From Clostridiales bacterium DTU072 (GTDB lineage: Bacteria; Bacillota; Clostridia; Christensenellales; DTU072), in NCBI GenBank assembly GCA_001512685.1, contig LFSG01000046.1, positions 17,707-81,706 on the forward strand: 64,000 bases of DNA, in the 5' to 3' direction. Every line of letters begins with the position of its first letter. Positions within the stretch are counted from its first letter, which is position 1. A model generated the notes under the pieces. That model made no database searches. It had not been told where the DNA came from and saw only the letters and a list, made by a program, of their open reading frames with translations. Shown here one piece after another: positions 39,801 to 51,800 of the stretch. Position numbers and translations under genes: made by a program.

Positions 39801-42800
39801 ATCCGCGCTTCTTGCAAGGCTACGCTTTGCCCAAAAAGATTACGGTAAATTACGATTATTCAGGCCCGGTAACTTTTGGCAATATTCCGTATTGGATATT
39901 GTCAAGCCCGCTGCAGGGCTATAACGAAGGCGATTTTCTTACCGTCATTCCCGTAACCAGCATTAATTTGCTGAACCCTTCCATTATTGATTTCCGCATA
40001 AATCTTCCTTGCTCGCAGGGAGAATATACATATCACATAAACTTCCCCCGCAAATACATAGGCAAGGTAATGTACAACGCCCAGGCGGAGGACAGCAATT
40101 TTGCCCAGCTCAATATCGAAAACGGCATTATTGAAATCAACAATTTATATCAAATATACGATCCCACAAAGCCTTTGGGTTTTGACATCGCCAAGCTTCC
40201 TACAAAAATAAATCCTTACAGCTATGAGTTCGGCGATGTGCAGTTTGATTTGGGCAACATGGTCATCGACACATATTTCACGGTTACTTCCAATAATTCT
40301 TATACTGTGGAATGGCGCTTGACCGACGAATGGGCGAGCGGCAGAAAGATTGACCACAACGGCACAGCCGTTAATGTCAACGGCGAAATAGTCATTGAGC
40401 CCGTATTGTTCGCCACCGCCAAGCTGTATTCCTATTATTATGTCAACCCCGATTATCCCGACCAGCCCATATTCCTTGAACAAGAAATCGAGCTTTACAT
40501 AAAGGTCAAGCCCATGACCAATCCCGTTATCGAGTATGACGGATTGGTGGAATACGCCGACAATAACTATATTACCTTTGACCCGTATGACGATCCCAAT
40601 GATTACGGCGGCAATCTTATCCTTCCCAAAGACGGATTAAAGGTTTATTTCAACGGCAGCAAGGAAGACATGCATATATTTGATTCAAGGGCGGCGCTCA
40701 GTTACGAGCTGCTTATGGCCGATGCCGACGAAAAAGTAAAGAGCTTGCTTTTTGACGCCTTGATGGCAAGGAGCGCGACGGGGAACATCGAGAAGCAAAA
40801 TTACCAAAAATTACTTATTAACGGCATAATAGACAGCTACGCTTTCGGAATGGGCGTTACCCGCCAGCAAGCAAGTCAAACTTTATTGTCAATCGCCTAC
40901 GATTTCCTGCTTGAAGGCAGCGGATACACAATGAGCGAACGCACCAATCGCAGGAGATTTCTTTTGGATTATTCCGTCAAGCTGTTTTCGGAAAATTACG
41001 GCCTGTCCTCTTATCAGGCATGGCTTAATTTGATGAGCCAAAATGTGGATTTGCAGTCAAGAGCCACTATAATCGACGATTATATGCGCTCTTTGGATAT
41101 CTTGACCGAGCAACAAATAATTGAAGATATCGATGTTTTGTATTTGGGCTATGACAATTTCTTAAACGAAATGACCTCTCAAAACCAAGAAAGTATTATG
41201 GCGCTGTATACCGCGGATTTTGATACCGCTTATAAGGCTTGGATAATCGATTTGCTTGCCCAAAGACAAGCTTATGAGATTGAACGAAACAACGCGCTTG
41301 AAGCCATTAATCAAGAAGGCGGCATAGCCGATCCCGTCCTGCTCAGGGCGGAAATATTCAACAGGGTTATGGTGGCAGTAAGCGCTCAAAGCAAGTTGGA
41401 TATTTTGCGGATAGCGGTAGAGAATGAACAATTTACTCAATTGATTCAAATAATAACCGGAAAAACTTTGGAGCAAGCGGCGGGGGCTTTATTGTACAGA
41501 AAGCTTGTTATCGCCGCCTACGCCAGAACCGAATTGCTGGCTATTCTCAATACGGCTTTGGCTTCCACCATAGAAGATTGGGACAATCAATTGACCGCAT
41601 CAAGGGCGTGGGAAACCCATCTTCAAAAAACCGTGGAAAGAGGCAGCTATGACAGCATAAAGAATTTGATTGAGCTTTATATGTCCGCTTCCGAAGATTA
41701 CTCCGTCGCAAGGCTTAAAGAAATCGTGATGAACCAATTGATAAACATTTATCAATATCGCGACGAGGATGTGGCTGAATACTTTAATAAGGAAGGCGCC
41801 GCCGTAGCCGTTGAGATATTTGCCACAGTTATCACAGGCTCTTCCGGTCAATTGCAGAATTGGCAGAACCAAAAAGCCAAAGCTGAGGTTTGGGATTATA
41901 TATCCAAAAGATTTGAAAACGACGGTATTTTGACAAGGATACTGCTGGGCGAAAACGATATTAACCAAAGCGGCAGGTTGGACACCGTTCCCATAAGGGC
42001 GTTGTCTTACGAACGGCTCAAGCAAAGCGAGATACTCTATATATTCTCCGCCAGACTTACCGCGCTTGAGCAGGAAGTTTCCGATCCCGATCCCCAAGCC
42101 AGAAGGGCGGAAATATTCGGCAGGCTTTATTCCATAGCCACTCTTGAAGAAAAGGTTATGCTTATAGAAATTATGATGGGGGCGGCCGAAAGAGTTACGG
42201 ACACGCAGGAAAGCGTTACCGTTATCGCCTATACTCAAGCGGGGCACAGCATCATAAGAATTGACGGAAACATACTTAAATTGTATTTGTACCTGCCCGA
42301 CGGCCAAAGAATTGATTTGATATTGGATATCTTCAGCAGGGAAATAAAAGAGACGCTGGTGCCCAATATCATTACCAATACCGAAGACGGCCAATTGATT
42401 TCCCAAGAGGTACAATTGCCCAACATATATTACATAGACCCCTACAATACCGAAACATTCAGATTGCCGCTGCAAGCCGAATTCGTGTTTGAATCGGGCT
42501 ATAACCTTATTCTTGACATTCCCGAATGGACGGATTTTGACGGCGATATATTCTATACCCGCAGCAGCGATTTCCCCAAGATATACTATTACAGATTTAC
42601 GGAAAACAGCTATAGGGGCGGCGTTTATACGCTCACTTCTTATCTTACTTACGGAAGGGGCGCCAATGCCGAAAAGCAATATTTTACTATTACGGTCATT
42701 GTGCTTAATCGCACGCTGAAAGAGGAATACGATGAAAAATTCCATTTTGACAATCCCATTTCGGGCAGAGAGGAAGATATCCCCCGTCAGCTTTCCGCCG

Positions 42801-45800
42801 ATATGTTCGTGGATATAGATTTATATTACAGAGGCTTGATTCCCGCGGAATATTACTATACCAATTTCGGCTCCCCCGTAGTGCCCGAAATAAATTGGAG
42901 CAAAACGGCGCTCAATGACCAAGGCATAACCGATTCGGATATTTCCGTTTCGGGAGGCTTTACCAAGCAGGTTAAGGGATACCTATATTATGACAACTTG
43001 CTTTTGACAAAGACCTATGACAAGCTTTGGAACGAGATATACCATCAATATGCCTCTCAAACTAAGCCCATGGCTTGGGAGAGCTTGTTTGAAATTACTT
43101 TTGAGGGGGAAAGAATAGTCAAAACCGTATTTGCCGGCGAAGCCGCCACGCAAATAAAGGCGCTTGACGATATGATATTTAACGAGCTTTATATAGACGC
43201 TTATTGGAGAACTTATGAAGAAGGCGACAGCAATCTGCAAAGCAAAATAGACAACTTGCTGATTACGCTGAAGAACAACAATATGGGACTGTATCCTTAC
43301 GATTCCCCGCAATGGTATGTGCTGCTTTTCAAGGATTTGTCCGCGAAAGCGAAGACCGATACTCTGCTGCCCATTGAAAGAGATGTTTGGACGGAGTTTT
43401 ACGCCAAATACGTAGAAGAAGAAACCTTTACCATCAAAGCGAGGCGGGAAGAAAAATGGAACCAGCTGTTCGCCATGCAGGGAGTATTAACCGATAACCA
43501 GAGAAAGATTGCCGAAGGTTATTTGAACGACGCGTATAAGCAATTCAGAAATTCCATGCTGGTAACCGTTTGGGATGGTCTTGAAAGACTGGCCAACGAA
43601 AGGGAAGCCGCCGTAATGGCCCAATTAATTGACACATTGAGGTATTTGTACGGAAGCACCGAACAGGCCAAAGTCAGGGCGTGGGATTTCCTTAAGAATG
43701 ACGACAGGGTAAAAGGCATAATCGGAGAATCGGCAAAGGTTACCATTACCGCCAAAAAATGGAGTCTTGTTGATTTGCGCAATCAAGCTCAGGAAATAAT
43801 AAACGAAATAATCTTCAACGCCTTTACCAAAACTACCAACGAGGAATATTTCCTGGCTGATTTCGAGGTAGTTAACAGCTTGCTTATTGACAGGTTGAAC
43901 GAATTGCTGGATCAAACCGTTCTTGAATACATTGACGAATATAAAGACGACGCTTTGCAAATCCTTAAGGATTATATTTATAACCTTATATTAAAAGAAA
44001 TGCTTAATATTGACAACGCCAATGCCGCCCTTGAGCCGCAACCCAGAAAAGCCAAAAACTGGACGGACATTATGGCGGTAAAAATAAATGAAGCCGTTGC
44101 TCCCATAGACGACACCAGACAAGATGTGGAAAACACGCACCCGGGCATTGACCAATATCAAAGAGATGAGATTGTTTGGACAAGACTGTTTGAAGGCAGC
44201 GGAGAGTGGCGTCCGATTATGGAGCAAATATACGGCCAAGTGCTTGAGGATTCTTCCATAAGCCCCGAACATTGTTATTATGAGGCGACGGAGAGATACA
44301 GACAAGCGCGCATAGACAGTTATACCCAAGAAATGAATGATATTTACGAAGACATATATTATCAACAAAGTCTTCAAGCTTGGGAAGCTGTGGAAAGCGA
44401 TCCGCATGCTTACGGCGAAACCCCGATTACAGTCGACGAGATTTTATACAGACAGATAAAAAGGGACGCGTGGATAAAGCTTTACGCCATATCCACCGAG
44501 CAAGAACAGATTACCATGAACAACAGGCTGAATGACGCCAACGAAGTTTATGCCAGAGCGTGGAACAATTATTTCAACGAAGTTCTTGATCCCAACCGCA
44601 AACAGCTTATGAGTTATTTGCTGGCGTACTATAAGAGCTACGGCTTTGCCTATGATTATATACGCCAAAACCCCTCCATATTAAACGAAACCGAGCAAAG
44701 TCTTGACGAATTGCAAAACCATATAGCGGCGATTTATCCTCAAGCTTGTCAAGAATTTGTGATCGCCGAAGCGGTAACCAGATTGCTTGCTTGCTATCCT
44801 CAGCAAGTAGGCCAAATAATAGCTTCGCGCGAAAACGCGCTTAAGCGCGAAGCTTGGTATTATCTTGTTTACATAAGAGATAACGCTTCGGTATTGACGG
44901 CGCTTATGCCCGAAGAAGAGCTTAAAGCGCTGAGCTGGGAGAGGCTGTATTCCCATAGGGAACAAGATGTTCAGGCCGAATATGACATAATTGAGGGTAT
45001 TTTTGACGATATCGCGCTTGAAATGATAGACAAGCAATACGCCGTGGCATATGAATATTTGGAAGACACGCTTGATGGGGAAAATAAAGACAAGCTGTTG
45101 CAATTCCATGCCCAAAGCGACCTTGACCAAATAAGGGCGGTTTTGTGGGACAGATTATATGCCCAATCCGACGATAAGATTTCAATGGACGCCGTTTATA
45201 ACATAATCCTTAACGAAGGAGTGGCGCCGGGCTCAGCCGCCAAGTCCAGAAGCTGGGAACGCTATATGGGCAAAAATGAAACCAGTGACGACATTAAAGC
45301 TTTGATGGAAGAAATGTTTGACACTTACCTTAAAGCGAGAGTGTTTGAGCAATTCCGCGATTGGTATCTCCAAAACAGCGTTTCCGAAGCGGATATTATT
45401 TATCAATATTATGTTGATTGCTTCAAGAAGTTTGAGGTATGGAACCAGCTTTATCAATTCGCGATAAGCAATGAAGACGAAGAATTGCAATTGCTTATGG
45501 ACGACATTCTTGCCGATGTCGCGTTCGGCGGCGAATACGAAGGCAGCAGCGAAAAAGAGATTTATGCCGCCGCCTTTGATATCCTGATAACGCAGTTAGA
45601 CCCCTTTATGGCCGATTACGCGGAGGTTTTGTTAAGTCAAGCTCAGCCTCGATATAAAGACGAGGCCGCCATTAACGCGCTTAAAGCCGACGAATGGGAC
45701 AATTTCCTTCAAAACGCGGACAGCGCCCGCTTGATTGAAATGAACAGAATCTATGATAAGTATTCAAGTATCCTCAACACCGTATACAGAAAAGCTTATT

Positions 45801-48800
45801 CGCTTGACGATCCCGAATTTACCGATATAATTTTGTCTTTACAGGAAAAACAGGATTTGGCAGAAAGGCTGCAATCCAAGATAGAGCAATTGCTTGATTT
45901 GCTGTTCATGGAATTTACCTTCCACGACCTTGCCCAAGTTCATAATGAAATATCAGATATATATGATACGCTGCTTAACAGAAAGGACAGCTTGTATTTT
46001 GACAAGGACATCCCCCTTTCGATACTTAAAAGACAAGCGGTGATACTGTATAAAGAATTGAGATATCTTCAAGCCCAAGATTATTTGGAGAGCGTATTCG
46101 TCGGCGCTTTGGCGGATTTTGAAAAAGAATTTAACATTGAAACCTGGAACAGATATTATCAATTTTGTTTGTCGCACAATGCCGCGCGCGCCCAAAAGAT
46201 GCAGGATATTCTCGCCCAAGCCACCGACAATCAAATAGACGGCATAAAGGTTGCGGCTTTGGATTATTTATACGCGGAGTTTATCGAACAGGCGGTATGG
46301 AAGATTGACTTAACCTCGGACGGCTTTACCGATGTCCTTAAAAAAGATTTATTGTGGCGGCAGCTGTTCGGCGAGGACACTTCTTCGCTTAAAGAAATCC
46401 TTAACGAAATATTGCCTATTGACGACAATCAAATGAGCGTTAAGGATATGGCGTGGCGGGATATGCTGGGGCATGTTCAAGCCCGAAGCGCGTATCTTGA
46501 GGATATGGTTCAATTGAGAAGCGATCTCAGACAGCTTTATCCTTATTACAGCGACAATCAGATTGACGAATTGGCTTTTGAGGAAGCCTATGCTTGGAAT
46601 ATAGACGAGCTTTGCCAATTGATGGACAGCGCCCTTGCCCAATACGGCGAAGCGGCAAGCGCAAGCAAACATCTTGCTTGGAGAGATTTAACGGAAAGCT
46701 TTGAGCTTGATAAAGCTTGTTATGACATTATGGTAAATGTCAGAAATATCGTATATTCAGAAAATACGCATTTGAGCGACGCCCAAATCAATATGCTGGC
46801 TTTTGAAAGAACGACAGCAAATTATCCCCAAGTGGGAGACAGGCTGGTCAAAGAATTTGTTTACGACTTAAAGAGCGCCGCTTTTGATCGGATAAACGAG
46901 ATTTATGCCCAGAATGCTGTTTTGCAGACGTTGTTTACCGAAATGTTCCATATGGAAATGCTTTATCACAATAACGACGAAATGGAAAGCAAGGCGGTTT
47001 GTTGGGATCGCTTGACGGGAATGACGGCTTACATAGAAAATACGCTTGCCGGCATCGACCCCAGATTTACCGAACAGGAATTGAGGGCTTTCGCCGTCAA
47101 TTGTTTGCTGGATATGCTGAGCGGCTCCGAGAGAACGGCGCTGTCAAATGCCGTCAACAATGTAAGCATACCGTATGCTCCCGAAGAAATAGACGCAATG
47201 ATTTATGACCTTATTTATGAAAAGATCATACCTTCCGAAAAAGCCATATTGAGAGAATTCTATGAGCAAAGTTCTCAGCCCCAGCACCTTAAGAAATCGC
47301 ACGCGCTGAGCTTGTACAGGGAATATAAATCCGATATCGCCGTAAAGGACATTAACGACATAGCTTTTGAACGTTATCAGAAATATTATGAAGAGCTGAG
47401 CGATCAGCAAAAGCTTGAGCTTTATACGCTTTTGCAACAGCCTCAAGCTGTGGGGCCCATGATTGTTTATACTTTCGATACCGCCATGAAATATTGGCAA
47501 GACGGCAGCGTGGACACCGAATACGCTCGAATGAATATTTTCTGGGACACCCAAGTGTTGGACGCCGGCGGCGACATAGCCTCAATATATATCGGCAACG
47601 CCTATAAAGCTTTTGACAACGAAGAAGGTCAATTCAATTACGCCGTCAATACGCTTGAGGGATATAATTATCTTTACAAAAACAGACAAATAGAAATAGA
47701 ATATTTGGACTTTTACGGCCGTTTGAATATATACGCGGGCGATGAAATTATTGACGTAAGGAATTATTACAACGAGCTGGTGATAGATCCCTTAAACGCC
47801 TTCATTCCCGACACCGTAGACGCTTACGGCAGAATAACCGGCGTTGAGCCCGATGTGGAAATAAACGGACAATTATATACCTATATAGGAAAGGTCAATA
47901 TCAGCTTTGAGAGCAGGATTTATGACTTCCTTTATGACGAAGAAGGCTCTTTGGGCGAAGATATTACGGCAACCGTTACTCCGGGCTTGGGGGCGGAGGA
48001 CCAGTTCCTAAACATCAAGGTATATTATTTGAACAGAGTCCCCGTAATGTATTATGTCAACAGCGAGCATTACACCAATGAGCTTATAGACGAAACGCTT
48101 ATGCTGTATCCGCTGTCCTACGACAATCTTACCGGCAACAAGATTCTGCGCATAGACCCGTTAAACGAAAGTATTTATAATAAATTCGCCCAAGAATATA
48201 TTTTGCCCAATTCGCTTGTGATTATGTTCACCGACGCTTATGCCGACGGTATTATCTCCACGCTGTTTATGAACGGCATATTCGATAAAAGATTGGATAT
48301 TACCGACATTCAATGGGATTTGGCGGGCAACGAAATAACGCTTAAAGGAGTCAACGCCAATATCCGCATAGGCGCTTACTCCGTGGACGGCGTGGCGCAA
48401 AGCTCCACCTCTTCGATGAACGAAGACTTCTGGGGAATTCAATTGATAGCGCCCGAATGCCGCCCTGAAAGAATACTTGAAGTCAATCAGCAAGGACACG
48501 GCAGCCAAACCTTGGCGTCCTTGACGGGAGACACTTTGAGGGCGATAGAAAAGATAGACCCGTATAACCCCATGGATTCTTTCCCCTCCAACGTAAGAGT
48601 GGAATTCGCGGGAGCCATAGATTCCAAGCTTATTACGGGCATTACTTGGCAATTTGTGGAGGGCAGAGATCTTGATTATCTTAAAATACCCGATGTAATA
48701 ACGGGCAAGAGAGGGGAAGAAGCCATGTATATCATAGGCGGATTCACTTGCGTGAGCGAAGTGATTTGGATTAACTTCCCCATAAAGAAAAGGCATATAG

Positions 48801-51800
48801 ATATCAGCGTGGAAGGTTCGGACGGAGAAATAAGATATATCGAAGGCGGCACCATCTATCTTATCAAAGATATGGACTTGAATACGCAATTGAGCAGAAT
48901 ATCTTATTTGTGCTATAATTTCGCGGAATTTGATCAGGACAGCGATTGGTCGGAAGTTCCGCTTGAGTTCTTGGCCAATGACCTGCTGCAGATAGATATC
49001 AATAAAGTGGGCGTTTATAGAGTGAGAGGGATTTTGGGGCCCATTAACGATCCCAATATAGTCTTTGATGTGGTGGTAATAGATCCCAAGCTCTATACCC
49101 TTGACGTTAACAATAATTTGAACGAGAAAGTTTATTATGACATGCTTTCGGTGGCCGTCAACAACCATGGGGTGAGGATTGAGGGCAAAGAAGGGGAAGA
49201 GGGCTTTTTGCCTCAGCATATGCTGCAGCTTAATGTTTACGATTCCAATAATAATATTATAATAGGATATAAAGAATTTAATATTATTAATACCGTATAT
49301 GATATAGCCAACAAGCAAGTTATATTTACATGCAATTATGTTTTTCTTGATGAAAACGACGATATCGACAGAATAGCCGGCAATCTTAGCGGCGGTCAGG
49401 AGTTGACCTTCACCGTTTCCATACCTCTTGAGACTTATTTGTATACCGCTATCGACGACAGCATGACTCTTGACACCGAAAAAGCCGAAGGCGTTAACAT
49501 ATTAAGGCATCAGCTGGGAGCGCCTCTTGTAATGTCCGACCTTCCCAAAGCTGTTATGAACAAAGGCAAGCCCAATGAATTTGAAGTAACGCTACTTTGG
49601 GATTTAAGCGGAATAAATGTCAACAGAGCGGGTTCTTATAACCTTTACGGTTATTACCGCGACTATACTTCTTCGTATATTACCAAGAGCAAGAGCTTGG
49701 TAGTGATTATCGACAAAATCGACATTTCTAACAATATAAGCGTTGAGGAGTCCACGATAAGGACTTATAACGGCTTATATATAAGGATGACTCCGGTATT
49801 GCCCGATGTGCTCAGAGAAAACGGGAGTTATGCCCAGCTGAGACTAGGAAGGGAAATAATAGTGGAGTACATAACCGAAGAAAAATATCTTCTCGGCGAA
49901 TTCGGCGATTTCAGGACTACGCCGTTTAAGGACGCGGGGAGTTATTATGTAAGGATTACCGTAGATGATTATAACGTTGTGGGACAATATGACTTTAAGC
50001 TTATAATCAATCCCATTGAAATCGATCCCGAAGATATTGGATTTGATTACGGCGCGGGCTCTTCCACGGTGTCGGTGCCCATACCCAATTGGCCGCAAAC
50101 AGCGGAAGAGAAAAACAGACTGTACTATACGCAATTCCGTCAGCTTGCCGACCAAGAGTTCGGACCCAATGTGGCCAACAGAGCGAAAGCGAACGCTTAT
50201 GATAAATTGTATGTCAAGGTCAATAATATAGCTCAAGATTTATTGAACAACAGATACATTGCTTTGCTGCAAGCCACTTATCCCGAATATGAAGACAGCG
50301 AAGAAGATGTTAAAGCGAATATAGAAATCGCGGTTAAGGCGATGGTATGGGATGAGATTGTTCCTTACGGCCTTGTCAGTCAAAGAATGGTCCCCGGCTG
50401 GCCAATAAACGAAGCCGAAAAGATACTCTTGCTTGAAGCGGCCGAAGACCAAGTGGCCCAAGAAGGCGAAGACTATACCGACAATGTGGTTAAAGCTCAA
50501 GCCTACGACAATTTGTATAACGGCGTAATCGCGCTGGGACAGATTTTGCTCAGCGAAAGATTGAATGAGATTATTCTAAATGAATATCCCGGCTATGACC
50601 AAGCCCCCGAATCCATAAAAACCGCAATGCTTATTGAAGCCAAGGCCAAGGTTTGGGACGAGATAGTTCCTACCGGGCTTATTAATAATCCCTTGGTGGC
50701 CAATTGGCCCTTGAAAGCCGAAGAAAAAGAACAATTGCTGGACGCGGAATACGAATTCTTGTTCGATCTTATATACGCAGGCAGCGAAAAGGAATATTTC
50801 ATTCAGCGAGTAAGGGCAAAAGCTTACGATATATTGTACGCCAATGTATATTCCACCGCTCAGCTTAAGCTTGAACAAATGGTAAGGACATTGATTGTGC
50901 GGCATTATCCGTTGTTCGATACCTATACCGAAGAGCAGCAAGCCTTGATTCTTGTAGAAATAAAAGGCTTGGCATGGCAGGAAATAATCCCCGGAGATAC
51001 CGTGGAAGAAAGAAGCTATATATATGACGGCCGCGAGCATATGCCCATTGTGTCGGGCTTGCCGCAAGCTTATATTCTGGGTTGGCCGCAGACGCAGGAA
51101 GAAAAAGACGCGCTGCTTAATCTTGCCCAAAACGAGAATATCAACTTTACTCTTGAGCAAGCAAAGGCAAGAGCCTTCGACAACCTTATGCAAACCGTTT
51201 ATTCCAATATTTACGCCTTAGAAAAGCTTAACAAAATATTAAGCGACGTAATTGACGAATATTATCCTCATTATTATAATCCCGCTTTGTCTTATGAAGA
51301 AAAGCAAGAAATCCTTATCGCCGCCAAGGCCGGAGCGTGGGATAACAGAGTTTTGCCGGGAGACACCGTGCAAGAAGTTAATTATACTTTCAATTTCTGG
51401 TATTCCGACATGGAAAACAACGGAATGATTGTCTATACGCGTCCCAAAGCCGCGGGCACATATGAATTGACCTTGATTATCGACCCTGAACTTAACAGGA
51501 ATTACAGGCTGAAGGGCGTTACGGGCATAGTAACCACTATCAGCATAAGAAGAGCGGTAATAGATCAAACCTTCGCCAATTACATGGTTTATCAAGGCAA
51601 GAATATTCTGCCCATATGCCAAGGCCTGCATGACGAAAACGGCGACCTGCCCGAGGGGGTCAGCATTGAGTACAGCTTTATGAAGGACGGACAGAAGGTT
51701 AACTATATAAGGGATGTGGGGCAGTATACCTTTACCGCTGTGGTAAACGGCGGCAACAATTATCCTTCATGGACGGTGGAGGACCAAATAATCAATATCG

